Source: Octopus sinensis
Taxonomy: Eukaryota
NCBI RefSeq assembly: GCF_006345805.1
Contig: NC_042998.1
Coordinates: forward strand, 189,658,001-189,722,000
Reading direction: 5' to 3'
DNA length: 64,000 nt
Below, piece after piece: positions 40,701 through 55,193 of this stretch. The notes below the pieces were generated by a model. That model was not told the origin of the DNA. It worked only from the letters and a program-made list of their open reading frames with translations, and searched no databases. Position 1 is the stretch's first letter, and the number at the start of each line of letters is the position of its first letter. The position numbers and the translations under genes were made by a program.

Positions 40701-43700
40701 ACAGTTGATCCAAAGCTAAACAGCAACAGCTGCTACAAGAACAATAACAGCAATAATCAACACCCATTTAGTTTGTCAGGGTGTTTCCAAGATTCAGAAA
40801 GAAAAATTATGGTAAATTCGGGGAGAATTCATGTACGATTTTTAACATTGACTAAATATTTCATATTTTGTGATTAATATTGATGCAGTATTATACATAA
40901 CCTATCCTACCTCTACTGGATGGAAGCAATTAAGTATCATTCCAGCAATGTCAGATACAAATTGTATTATGGACAGATTTCATACAAGTAAAAAGTAAGG
41001 ATTCAAAAGCTAAGTGTAATTCTTTTGTGTCTCATTTGGCGTCTACACCACGTTAAAGGTATTTGGCATAGCTAAGTTAATTATTATGATATAAGAGGAA
41101 ATATTACAATGGTTTCAGATCAAGACACAAGGCCAGCAATTCTGAAGGGACGGGATTAATCCCCACCTAGACTGCAATGGAAGGCAATGAAAATGACTTC
41201 CTTGAGATTTGAACATTACAGCGTTTGCATCTTCGCGTTTATTTTGTATCTGTTCTTATTCTTCTTGTTTTATATTCTAAGATAAAGGTTGTTGTCAACA
41301 CCCATGATATACATGACACTATTCCCATATCTTTCAATTCAAATAATATCTCCATTTTTTTTCTAGAATATTTTTAAAGAATTCTTTTATTTTAACCAGT
41401 CTTTTTATATGTTTTTAGCGCTCCCAAACAGGTTGCCGCATTATTTTTTACACACGATGATATACTATTTTTCTCAACCTTACAACTAATTATTCTATTT
41501 CTTGGTTTTTGTTTTTTAAAAAAGATATTTAAATATCTATACCATTTTGGAGAATGTAATATTCTGTTTTCGCTGATATTTGCTCTTCATATCTAACATT
41601 ATTTGTTCTTTTTATTCTACTTTAGCGTCCGAGATATATAACTATAACCACCGTTATGATATCTTAGACTGGAAGGCATATGTGTAGTTTCAGATTTAAA
41701 TTTTCTTTAGAGTCACAATTACTGGATCTCTCTAATTTTTGAGTTCTGTGTCCATATTAATTAGAAGAGTCCTTGGAAGGATAACATCTTAAAAAAACCC
41801 CCAGGTTGTTGGAGAATGTGTGAGAAACATTTGTTGATTCTATCATAGATGTAAGGGTGGAGGATTAGTTAGTTTATATAATCAATATCGAGACTTTGAA
41901 TTTCTGTCCTCCATCACTCCTCAGACAATAAAAGGAGAATCAGTTAGAGAGGATCTTGTCAAACTAAATGTCCGTTACTTCTTAAATTTTTTTATCAAAA
42001 GATAGTGAAAGGAAATTACAATGACATCTGGTTGACAATAAAGTCAAACTAAATATAACAAGAAATCAATTTCCATTCTGAAGGAGGTTACCTTATATCA
42101 AACACTGCCTCAAGTACCAAAGACCAGACAACAGTAAAGGAGGGCGTAAAAACACAAAACATTACAGCTACTAAAAATAATTTTCCCCAATGTCAGGACA
42201 GGCGACGGTAAACGGCCATTAACTAACAAAATTGAATAACATGGGAAGTTGTTGTTATTAGTTTCAAGTTCGTTCATGACCAAAAGAGTTACAACCGTCT
42301 TTTTTTCAGATAAGGATTGTAAGGATTTCCAGCATGAAAAGACCTCTACCTGAGTTCGCGAATTTCGAGAAAGCGAGGGCAGAAATCTGTAAATGAAATG
42401 TTCTTGCTTATAACCAGTGACTGAATAACTTTTCACTCGAAAATGAAAAGTCATTCAATTAATGAATACTAAATACCGAAATAAACGGAAAATAACTGTA
42501 GAATACGCGATGGATACAAAGAAAGTCCCTATAACAAAGTTTCTGGATGTGTAGATGCTCAATGGCGTTGGTCAACTCAAAATTAAATGTATATATATAT
42601 ATATATATACATTTGGTATGTATATAAACTGTGCTAATTCTATAAACACCAGCCTAAGCATAAAATGGAGACTTAAAAATTATGCAGATCTTAATAATTA
42701 TATAAAAATTACGTAAACTGTACGGCAATTTTAATTTCATCGTCTTGGAATTTTTGTTATTGATTGCAGAAAAAAGCATGGCTACGTAGTTGCAAGCAAG
42801 CAAGCAAACACCCTGTCACCATCCTACCCTTGAGGGTGTGCTAGCTGGAAGGAAAGAAAACTATTCCAGCATTAGGCGGGAAATTATTTTCAGTTCGGTA
42901 GGATGGAGTAATGTGAAAGGAAGTGACTTGTTCAAAGAGACGACGCATTACCTGGTCCAGGAATAGAACTCACAACTTATCGTAAACCAAACAACCCCAA
43001 CCACTAGACCAGGCACATTCACTAGCAAAGAATACTTTATACAATACTTTGCACAATGAAAACGCACTCATTTGTGCGCTCACACGTACACACACGCACA
43101 CACACACACACATGAATATATAAATATAGGAAAGTACATGCACAAATATACACTGAACATGCATAAGCCATCGGAGCTGCCGTCGGTTATATGTTGAAAG
43201 CACATCGCAAGTAACGAAATAATGATCACAATTATGGTGGTGGTGATGATGATGATGACAACGACGACGACGACGATGATGATGACTACGACGACGACAA
43301 TGATGACGATAATGAAGATTATGATGGAGGCGGTGGTGGGAAGGTGTGGTTTGGCGAGGGTAATTGTGATAATAATGGTTTCTAACTTTAATCAAGTTTA
43401 ATCAAGAATTTATCGATGAGAGAAAGCAGTAAAGTATATTGATCACTAATAAATATATCTTAATATATTTTATCGAATTCTGGAATAACAGAGGACGAAA
43501 TTGACCTCGGCTGCATTTGAAATCGGAACATCGAGAGGCACAACTAAATACAGCAAATTATTCTGTTTCTCACTCTACCGTCTAAAAGCCTCACCACCAA
43601 TCAGTACTTTCCTTCTACATCAAATATTACAACCATAGGACAGTATATTATTTTCAACTATTACAAAATTCCGAGTGCGATTAATCAAATATCATTAGAT

Positions 43701-43933
43701 TAAGAACATTCTTTAATAAGCCCGGAGGTGTATAGTGCCAACCCAAAACTCTAGACACGACTGCCTAGTGGTATGCCGATTGAAGAAAACTGACTACCAA
43801 ACACACAAATATGACGAAAGTATGTATGAGTATTTATATATGTATATGTATACATGTATGTACATATATATGTATATACATGCATATACATACATACATA
43901 TATGAAACATATATATATATATATAACACACAT

Positions 43934-43988
<55 letters not shown>

Positions 43989-44049
43989 TGTATAGACACA
44001 CAAATACACATACAAATCTATATGGATATATAAAAATATACCTTGTATA

Positions 44050-44060
44050 AACACACATAC

Positions 44061-44104
<44 letters not shown>

Positions 44105-44522
44105 ATATTATATATTATATAAATATTATATATATATATTAATATATATAGATATATAATAATATCTATTATTATATAATAATATTATATATATAATATA
44201 TATATATATATATAATAATATATATATATATAATATATATATATATATATAATTACTATATAGAATATAATATATATATATATAATATATATATCTATAC
44301 TATATATATATATATAATATATATATATATATCAGAATATATAATATATATATATCAATATATATATATATATATATATATATAATACTATATATAATAA
44401 ATATATATATATATATATATTATATATTATATATATATATATATAATATAATATATATATATAATATTCTATATATATATAATATATATATAGATATATA
44501 TTAATATATATATATATAATAT

Positions 44523-44608
<86 letters not shown>

Positions 44609-44655
44609 ATAATTATATTATTATATATATATATCTATATAATATATATATATAC
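44050..44655. repeat. Interrupted (TA)n tract of about 600 bp
   Basis: Almost pure A/T dinucleotide repeat. It is one of dozens of (TA)n, (CA)n and (GA)n tracts in the window. Confidence 0.95.
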
Positions 44656-45944
44656 ACGGACACGCATAGAGGTGCACACGCAAGTACGCACACAACGACA
44701 CACATTTTGAGTTTATTCATTACTTGATTACTGACACAAATATTGAATATATATTAATTGCTTATTTTCAACTCCGACATCTTAGAATCGAATATTAAAT
44801 CAACTACATATTAAGCAGCTTGTATTTAATTGGAAAAAATCTAGAAAATAAAAATGAACAAATTAGTATATCCAAAGAGTAGATATTGATGGGATCAATT
44901 TGGGTCATAGAATTTGTACGTGCCTATACAGAAAGGGTTTGAACGTAGCTTTCCTAGACAGACCAACCTCTTTATTCTATGAATTCATTATTGCATTCAA
45001 ATAATTTCCTGAAGGCAAAGATGGTTTGCATTTTAGATACTCATTACGCGTTGTTCGTGCAGTATTATTAATATTGGGAAGTGGAAAATATTATAAATAG
45101 TTTTGGCTGAAAGCCTTTTTCAGCTTATAACTCTTTCACTTGTCCCCGACATAGCGATGGTTAATATAGGTAATATAAGCACACATCAACGTGGAACCAT
45201 GTGCAACAGAAACGACAAATGAAAAAAACTGTATCATCGCTCTACACACACATACACACGCACACTCATAAATGCAATACACACACGAATGCATGCACGC
45301 AATCTCTCTCACACACACACATATATACGAGAGTGTTCTTTGTGTTACCTGTCATATGATGATTAACTTTGAAAGTATACTTTAGCCCCTATGTGTAACA
45401 TCAAGAAATATGGTATACATACAATAAGAGCATACTTTAACTTTTATCAAACTTCTAGCTCCCTATAAAAATGATGTAATGAATATCGATTTTCAAAAAA
45501 AAATATCCCCTACATTAAAATAGATTTAATGAAACAAATTCGTCATTTGTATATCTGCAGTAAATATAATTTTTCTAAGTTTCTACCAACATTTTACCAA
45601 AATCGCAAACTACCCTGAAGAAATAGTGTCTAGGCTGAATATTCCATTGAATCTTGTACCCGTAACATAAACTTCGGATAAACCATTGCAACGCAGTATG
45701 TAACACAGTTGGTCTTTGAATTAGTGGTATAACTTACCCGATGGTCTTCATCAGTCTACGTCTAAAAATCAAAGCTTGGGTCGGCCTAAGCCTTATATAC
45801 ATTATATGTACACACACTCTTTCTCTCTGACTCTCTCTCTCTCTCCCTCTCTCTCAAACACCACTTACATAAACATAGAACATATATATATATATATATA
45901 TATATCATATACAGATGTACGTATACCTTCCAAAATACATGCAC

Positions 45945-46016
<72 letters not shown>

Positions 46017-46432
46017 CATATGTACACGCGTGTATTCATGTATGTATGTATATGCATACACATATATGTATATAATTATGTATAAATTTATACATTTAGC
46101 TATTCTTTACAAAACTGACGCTAATAGAGTAGTAGAAGTAGTCTATTTCGTTTTGGGGTTGACTAACATTTTACTTGGTTATGAAGGAGTTTGGGGGAAT
46201 TTTTCTTTTGCAGGGATGGTTATTCTTGTACATAAAGTATTCGCATCATAAATAACACCGCTTTAAACAGGAAACTGAATCTGTATTTAGAATTAGTTCG
46301 CTTATAACATCTCTTTACACCATCTATGAATACAACAACAAAACTTTATGATACAGTTCTATATTTGAGAGATGAGGAATTATGTACATTATTTACATTT
46401 GGCGGATATTTGTCCACATCTTGTTTGTTGTT

Positions 46433-46478
46433 AACACAACGTTTCGGCTGATATACCCACCAGCCTTCATCAGGCGTC
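46433..46478 (-). ncRNA. Minimal type I hammerhead ribozyme motif inside a PLE-terminus-like repeat (about 46350-46528)
   Basis: Minus strand reads GACGC CTGATGA A GGCTG-GTGGGTATAT-CAGCC GAA ACGT T GTGTT. Stem II is a perfect 5 bp, stem III is the palindrome ACGT, the triplet is GTT, and stem I is 5 bp with two G.U. Confidence 0.65.
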
Positions 46479-46526
46479 TTGGCGGAAATTTCGAACCTGG
46501 GTTCTGATTCCTAAGGTATTTTTCGA

Positions 46527-46588
<62 letters not shown>

Positions 46589-46887
46589 GCTGATCATGTA
46601 TGAAAACATTGAGACCATCTCCCCCTGTGGGATGAAGTTAAAATAATAGACAGAGAACACCACTGAAAAATACGAAAACTAAAAGAAGCAACACATATGC
46701 TAAGACACAACAACCTCCTAAGCAGACCGAATGCAGATATGAATAGCATATGGCAACCAGTATTAAGGAAGGATAGGAAAATATTAGATTTATAAGTCCT
46801 AAAATTCACTCTATAATTGCCGTAATAGTTAAGAACGTGGGCTACTAACCCCATGATTCCGAGTTCGATTCCAGGCAGTGACCTAAA

Positions 46888-46889
<2 letters not shown>

Positions 46890-46922
<33 letters not shown>

Positions 46923-46926
46923 GATG

Positions 46927-46987
<61 letters not shown>

Positions 46988-47020
46988 GATGATGATGATG
47001 ATAATGATGATGATGATGTA
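46890..47020. repeat. (AAT)n/(GAT)n compound microsatellite after a short tRNA-like head (about 46820-46875)
   Basis: GTAATAGTTAAGAACGTGGGCTACTAACCCCATGATTCCGAGTTCGATTCCAGG has a B-box-like GAGTTCGATTCC and is followed by an (AAT)n tail, suggesting a short SINE. Confidence 0.6.
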
Positions 47021-47507
47021 AATAAAAACATTATGAACAACACAAATTACAAATATTATAGATGTTTGAGTATTAAACAGGTTTTCATTGGTTGCCGACT
47101 ATGAGTCTCTAATATCAAATAAAATCAGTGCAAAACATGGCGGCTAACTTTGAGTGGCAAGTATAGCATGACATCCGTTTTAACACCATCTGATACCCAG
47201 GTAGTCTTAGTATTCGGACTAAACAGTTTCCAAACAATTTTTCTGGTAGATGTTGACATTTAGATGTTAAGGCTGCGCTTCAATCATACACATCGATCTT
47301 AGTCTCTTTGGAAGGGCCTTCAAATGTCATGCGAATTGCCCTGCTTTTCCAACAATTTATGAAAAATTATAATAAGCAAAACCAGACAAATTTATCACTA
47401 GTTATACAACAAACAATACAAATAGTGTTTGAAAACTAATCAGCTGCCCTAATTTTGGAGTTGATATGCTAAGAGTATCAAATATTAAATCTTTAGTAAT
47501 GGTGTTT

Positions 47508-47740
47508 TATTTCTTTATTGCCCACAAGGGGCTAAACATAGAGGGGAAAAACAAGGACAGACAAAGGGATTAAGCCGATTATATCGACCCCAGTGCATAA
47601 CTGGTACTTAAATTATCGACCCCGAAAGGATGAAAGGCAAAGTCGACCTCGACGAAATTTGAACTCAGAACGTAACGGCAGACGAAATACTGCTAAGCAT
47701 TTTGCCCGGCGTGCTAACGTTTCTGCCAGCTCGCCGCCTT
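47508..47740 (-). mobile_element. SINE family A, full length
   Basis: High identity by eye to 13502-13734. Confidence 0.9.
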
Positions 47741-49610
47741 ATCTTTAGGAATGGTTTGTAACAAAAAAGTGACTATAATTTATGCTAAAACAAATAAATA
47801 AAAATGGAAAGCAAATATGAGTAAACAGAAACCCGAAAGGATTAAGTAGATATTAGGTGAATATGTTTCTATATTATTTCACAGCGAGACGTTACTTTTT
47901 AAAACGTTAATGCCATTTTATACACAGTCTTTGGAAAAGTAATTGTATTTATGTGTATTGTATTTGATACAAACATCTAAAAGAGATATAAGGATACCAG
48001 ACAAATATATTGGAAAAATTTCAGAGAACCATATAAAGCAATAAAAGCAACATACAAAAAGCAAATAAATTTTCAAACAAGAAAAATTTACATCCACCGA
48101 AAATAAATGGGAAAATATTGTAACATGCAATGATGTCCAGTAAAACAAACGACAGAAACAGTGATAAACACAAACAATTCAGATCTCATAACTGAACGAC
48201 AATAGGTACTTAAAAAATACGAGTAGAACAAACATAAGAAGCAACCAAGGGAGGTAATATTAACAGGATTTGCTATTATATAACTTTCAGTTGTCCCCAA
48301 TAGAAACGACGATGAGGCAGATCGTTAAAGCTTTCTTTGAGTTCTGATTTCAAATCCCGAGGAAGTCAACTTTGCCTTTCATCCATCCGGTGACATTGAA
48401 ATAAAGTACTTGCCTAATAGCTCTGGAATCAATGGTATCGACTAACATCCTCTCCTCCCAACTGCTGGTCAACTGGCTACATCAGAAACAACTATATGGA
48501 ACCAAATAATCTGTGGCTGAATTGTTAGAGTCGGAAAAACGCTTAAAGGTTCTTTACGCACAGTTCAAATCCTTCTCAGGTCAATTTTTGCTTTTCTCAT
48601 TCCGGGATCATTAAAGTACAAGTCAAGTACTGCGGTTGATCAATAAGTTTAATACTGGGGGGTCGACTCATCACTCTTTCTCTCAGACGGAATACCCAAC
48701 CACTTATATGTTAATTTCACGAGTAGGAATTCACTGAATACTTATCATCGAGACCGACGGTATATCTTTGTATTATTTCTCAAAGTGAAACCCAGCAAAT
48801 GACAAATATCATACTGATCTCACCCCATATTCAAGTATGACATTTGTCATTTGCTGTCCCTAAGGAACTAGGGATGAGCTTCACAAAGACAAAACCGGGT
48901 TGTAAAATAACAACGAACCAATAAGTGTGGGTCTATTTAGTGGCTAGACCTGCTGGAAATGTGTTGCTAAATGTACCCCTAAATCATACCGTAGGAAAAA
49001 GGACATGTATTTTGTAGTCCAACATACATTCTGCCAAGAGAAAAATAGAGAAGTCATAATGAAAATGTTATTTTTAATTGATAAGAAAAGTCTGCTCATT
49101 CAAGGTTAACCTGGTATTAGTCACCACCCGACAACCACCTACATCAACACCGACGGCAACTGAAGACATAATTCACTAATTTGAGTCGAGATCAAAAACG
49201 TCAGATAAACGAGCTGAAGAGAGAGCCTCTTCGTGGTCATATAATCGACTATAAAAGAGAGGAAAATCTAAGATTAGGCAATAATATCTATGAAATAATT
49301 CGATTTGCTTGAAATAACAGCAAATATCTCTTAAATTTCAACCTAGGGCGGGATTCAGTCTCAAAATATAGAAAGACACTGCTACAAATAGTTAGACATT
49401 TTCAACGAAACCTGAATTTTTCTGAAAAGATACTTGTTTTATACTTTTAAATCATAAAAAAAAATCAATAGGTGCGCAAAATATTGAGCGGCGCTCGCAT
49501 CCCGCCACCCACGACTATGTTCAGATGTTCTTCAGATTAAATTTTGTCGTTTAAGGTTGCCGCAAATTTTCGTAAAAATTTAGAAAAACCTAAGCAGGAT
49601 ATAAATACAT

Positions 49611-50028
49611 ATATTCTTTTCTACTCTAGGTACAAGGCCCAAACTTTTGGGGAGAAGGCCAGTCTATTAGATCAACCCCAGTACGCAACTGGTATTTAAT
49701 TTATTGACTCCAAAAGGATGAAAGGCAAAGTCGACCTCGGCGGAATGTAAATACCTATTTCAGAATGTAAATACCTAACTCAGAATGTAAATACCTATTT
49801 CTTTACTACTCACAAGGGGTTAAACACAGAGAGGACAAACAAGGACAGACAAACGGATTAAGTCGATTATATCGATCCCAGTGCGTAACTGGTACTTATT
49901 TAATCGACCCCGAAAGGATGAAAGGCAAAGTCGACCTCGGCGGAATTTGAACTCAGAACGCAACGGCAGACGAAATACCGCTTAGCATTTCGCCCGGCGT
50001 GCTAACGTTTCTGCCAGCTCGCCGCCTT
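49611..50028 (-). mobile_element. Stacked SINE family A units joined by a 20-bp triplication
   Basis: A variant-tail partial copy (49611-49745) is followed by three 20-bp units (49741-49800) and a full copy (49793-50028). Confidence 0.85.
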
Positions 50029-51209
50029 TATAAATTGATAGTGTTAATACATAATGTGAACTAAGGCATTTGTCCTTCTTTATCAACTGAGTTAAAATTC
50101 CACCGAGATCGACATTGGCTTTCATTCTTTCGGGGTCGACAAAATAAGGACCAGTTGAGCTCTAGAGTCGCTGTAATAAATTTACCTCTTCCCCCAAAAT
50201 TAGGGGCCTTCTGCCAAAATTTGAAAGCAATTTATTAGAAGTGTAATGTAAGGTATACCGTGCTTTTTGAAAAGCATGCTATGGTAGTTTCGTCACAAGT
50301 TTTTCTCCCAGTGGAATCGATTCGACTAGTTTCTAAACTTTTTGGTAGTGGGGATAATGAGGGTCTAAGAAGTCTAGAAACAATTCGAACCGATCCCGTT
50401 TTCTCTGCTTGGGGAGATAAAATCATGTAGTATAATCACTTCGTTTATTTTTGATTGCGGGATAAAATTCTATGATACTGTATGCGTATCCGTGTGTGTG
50501 TGTATGTGTGTGTGAGTGTGTGTGTGTGTGTGTGTGTATGCACGTGTGCGCATGCTTGTGTTCGTGCGTGCATATGTACATATTTATATTACAAATAATA
50601 GCCATATTGAAGTGCTTACGTGTACTCACTAACACGTATGCACACACAAACACACATAAACACACACACACACGCACACAAACATACATACACACATACA
50701 CACACATACATAAACATACACACACAAACAGTATGGCCACAATCAAATGACTGAAACAAGTAAAAGAATAAAAGAATAAATATCAATTGGTATTCTTTAT
50801 ATCCAACTAAACACGAATGCCTTCTTAGAACACCGAATACTGCGTTATTAGCCTTGAGAGATACTCAACGGTGCTTGTGTATAAAAAGCTCACACACAGG
50901 TCGTAACAGATAAAATTCGTCCGTCCTGAGTGCCGGAATTCCCATAGCACGTGATTTTGTTCTGCTGGAACCCACAGTGGAAAGCACCGTGTGACCGCAT
51001 ATCAGTCAAATCTGGCTGCTACAGTATACATAGAATATCAACATCTTTTCAGGAGCTAGTGTCGCAAATAGCCAGCAGGCTTATGTTTTAAAAAAATCAA
51101 TTATTAGTGACAGAAGTAGTATTAGTACCAAACGGTATACACAGACACAGACACACACACATCAATCAAAAAGGATCAAACGTCTTTCCTTAGTCATATG
51201 TTCATTATT

Positions 51210-51411
51210 GGGCCGGTTTCCCCGGATCCTTTGGCATATATTTTTCCTTCTAGGACGAGACGCTGGTTTACTCATTTTTGCCAGCTGAGTGGACTGGAGC
51301 AACGTGAAATGACGTTTTGCTCAAGAACACAACGTATGTTACAGTCCAGGAATCGAAAACACAGTCTTACGTCATGAGTGCAGCACCTTAACAACTAAAC
51401 CACGCGCCTCC
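51210..51411 (-). mobile_element. SINE family D
   Basis: tRNA-like head (GGAGGCGCGTGGTTTAGTTG..TTCGATTCCTGG) plus the body shared with 32012-32165. Confidence 0.7.
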
Positions 51412-52531
51412 ACACAAACACACACACACGCACTCTCTCTCACACACACACATATTCTTAACTATATATACATACATATATACGTATAAATATATATACA
51501 TTCTTAAGTAGTTAAACTGACTTTTCCATGATGTAATTTCAATACAAGTAAATCTATTTCCAAAGTTCTGATATTCTCGTCTCTGTCGAAAACTCAATAT
51601 ATCGCAATTTCAGACTAAAGAAAATTGACTAAGATATGTTACAAGTAACACAGAAAGAATTTTAATAAATGACGCCAAGTGTTGAGTTGTCTTGATGGAT
51701 ATATTTGTTGTTCAAGAGGTGATGACTAAGTTGATACGATGTTTCTGGAAACAAATCAAAATCTAAATATATGTGGAAGATAATTATTAAGACTGCTCTG
51801 AATGGTACAGCAATTGACAGCTTTGTAGCATGCAGAAGGATTAGACTTGGAGTTAGGGGTAACCGATTGTATAACGTGGATCAATAATAAGTTCCTTGTC
51901 GAGGGAGTAAACGAATGATGAAGGTCAGGAACTATGTAGGAAGTAGGAATGAACTTTTACAGATGCTTCTATATTGATGCCGGGCGAAAAGAAGAGAAAT
52001 TCTTTAAATCCGATGTCGTTAATGAAGACATATTAGATTAGAGTACATTGATTGATATATCACAAGGTCAGTTCAACAGGAAAAGTCATTACTCACGTGA
52101 CTCCTTGGGATCATTGAAGACACAACAGTATTTACCAGTCAAAATGGATGTGCACAACAAACACAAAACAATATTCAACAAAAACACTTGAAATTAATGG
52201 AGTACACAGGAAGTGAAGAAAATAACACGTTAATCTTAAATGTGTAGCCAACCTAAATCCGATGTAACAGAATTATATCCAGTTTGAGCATTTGAACATT
52301 AGATGGTTAACGAAATAACTAACTCATAAACACAGGGGTAAATGCATTTGCTCCCCAAAATATGCTATAATAATTTATATTACGGGGCAGTAACAAGAAA
52401 AGTGGGAAAATGATCCGTTTATGAAAGAATTTAGGATCTGTAATTACGTTATCAGCAAAATACTAATGGACAGTAAATGTATATATATATATGTGTATGT
52501 GTGTGTGTGTGTGTGTACGCGTGCGTACGTG

Positions 52532-52607
<76 letters not shown>

Positions 52608-52655
52608 TATATATGTGTGTGTGTATATATATGTATATATATGTATGTATGTATG

Positions 52656-52745
<90 letters not shown>

Positions 52746-53959
52746 TATATACATATATATATATATATACACTCATACACACGTGCTCACACACATATCA
52801 ACAATGATTTTTTTCTTTCGTTTTTGTCGGGCGAGATGACTGGCTGCTTCTATCTCAGAAAATTACTGTGTTTTAATTTTGTCACGGAAGAGGGACGGAA
52901 GGCAGAATCTATGATTTTGGTATATTCCATTAAATATTTCTATCTGATATCCTCCATAACATCAGCCTATGAAATCTCTCGTTTTCATCTAGTGTAATTT
53001 GTTTATGACATCGAAATGGCAATGATAAGATTTTGTGTTCAGCATTCCCTCATGTAACTTAGTTGAGAATCCACAAGTGAAGTCATTCTTGAGAATGAAC
53101 TGGAATGTTTCTTCAGGATACCTGAGATGTAGCATGATTAAACGAACTACTGAGCAAATATCATGCACATGTCACTTCTTCCTTCAAGTAAGTTGATTAT
53201 TGGGTCTCTTCTGCGTCAAGTAGAAGAGACCTGATAATCAGATAGACGAATGCCCTGGACAGTATTCCAGATTGCTGAGCAGTTGTATGGAAAACATTGC
53301 TTACTAAGAAAGGAGGAATCTTATTGTTTAAAAAAAAGCTGCATGCCAATTACATGCCTGAACTCTACACAATCTGCTATAACAAGAGAGTTGCAAACAA
53401 TATAGAACGGTAAGTAAATAAGGATGTGGTCTGAAGAGAGATACTCTGAAGTACTTAGTAGTTGTTCACAATCTTAAATACTTGCAAATTTTCATCCCAT
53501 TGAAAATACGGCTATATTGTTGAAAGTAACTCTACTCTTCTATAAAAAGCTCAATTGCTTGTTGATATCTGAATCACGAACCCATCCATTTAGAATAGAT
53601 ATATACAAATCCGCATAAAGACACGCACATAGGCATAAAAGAACATGGCATTTTATTAGAAAACCACTTTTTCTGGTAAAAATTGAGGGAATCAAATGAA
53701 ACGAAGGTCTTCCAGTCATGTTCTCTAAAATGCGATATAAAAATTGAAAAACCGAATATTATTTAATATAATAAAGTAAAGCACTAAGGTCTTAGGAAAC
53801 TAGTGGTATTCGTCCATAAAGTTCAATATTGTTTACACAATGAAATAATATTGTGCATCAAGTTCATTAAAAAAGTGAAGATAAGTCATTTGTTTTCGGT
53901 GAAGGACTGATCCCGAAACCGTAAAATTATTTTCTCTTTCAGATATTACGTTTGACAAA

Positions 53960-54152
53960 AAGGCGGTGAGCTGGCAGAATCATTACCGCGCCGGGCAAAA
54001 TGCTGAGCGGCTTTTCGTCTGTCTTTACCTTGTGAGTTCAAATTCCACCGAAGTCAACTTTGCTTTTCATCCTTCCGGGGCCGATGAACACTGGAGTCGA
54101 TGTATTCGACTTACTCCATCCCCCGAAATTGCTGACCTTGTGTCACTATTTG
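53960..54152 (+). mobile_element. SINE family A variant
   Basis: AAGGCGGTGAGCTGGCAGAATC..GAGTTCAAATTCCACCGAAGTCAACTTTGCTTTTCATCC. Confidence 0.8.
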
Positions 54153-55193
54153 AAACCAATATGGCAGAAGTAAATTGTTAGATAGGACCAAGATCTGGAT
54201 TCATCTATTTTCGACAGTAGCGTGATGTGATCAATAAGAAAAATCGGAAAAAATAAGAATCGTATGAATGAATTATAACATGGTAGAATGGCAATCCACC
54301 ATGTGGTATGAACCATTATCAAATCATTGAAATATTAATTAAAAGTCAATCCTTAACTGAAATAATTAACCCAGAAAAATGACATAGTCTGTTGTTAAAT
54401 AAACACTTTGAAAAAGCATTCAAAGACTATTGACTTCCAGCAACATTAATGTTGCAACGAAAAATTGTTTAAACTTTAGACTTTGAATTATGGGGAAGAA
54501 ACCGAGTGAATCCGACAAGGAAAGAAACATTAACCAGGTTCACTGCTTCGTCGTTTCTTCTGTTGTTCTGCACAAATTTTTCAACACATTTCTCATGTAT
54601 TAAATAAAGAGCCCTGAGCAAAATGCCGGATCCCATTTTTCATCACGGTACACATGATTGTCTCATTCATTCATTCATTCATTCCTTCATTCATTCCTTC
54701 ATTCTTCCATTCATTCAACTACAATCTTAAAAAAGTTTCGGACTGAAAACATCTTCAACTGATTACTTCATTTTTACTTGCTGCATGGATGGCGTTTTGT
54801 GAAGATAAATGTTCTCATTTGTTTCACATAACAAGGACAAATTGCGAATTAATAGTACGTGAAGTCCCTGTATCATTAATAATACATCAATATCATTTTA
54901 ATGGGAAATTTATAAATAATACATTAATACATATAATAGGGGCTATCTATTATTAATTTACTATTTCCTTGTTGTTTAGCTTTAGATCAGTTTTGATTCT
55001 GGCCAAACTATGGCATCTTTTCTTTTATTCAAGCTTAGGAATTATTCATCCTATGCATATCGTTGCTAATGTTTTTGAGAAAGACATTTGGCTGCTATTT
55101 CAAGCAATTCGCATTTTTACGTAAACGTTCCTTTACTGATTCTCCGTCTTCCCATTTGTGACAAACAGACTTTAAAAGTAGCTAGGTACTAGA

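Noticed and set aside
42092-42454. Non-repetitive ORF region with donor AG|GTAACC as Lhx3/4 exon 1
   Set aside because: In the required phase there is a TAA stop immediately before the donor.
45725-45760. Minus-strand CTGATGA A GACC-ATCG-GGT as a hammerhead, and its GG|GTAAGT as an exon 1 donor
   Set aside because: The GAAA core half is missing. The donor phase is incompatible with the LIM1 exon (stop in phase 1).
46820-46875. tRNA gene
   Set aside because: Only a tRNA-like head with a B box and no complete cloverleaf; it is better explained as a SINE head.
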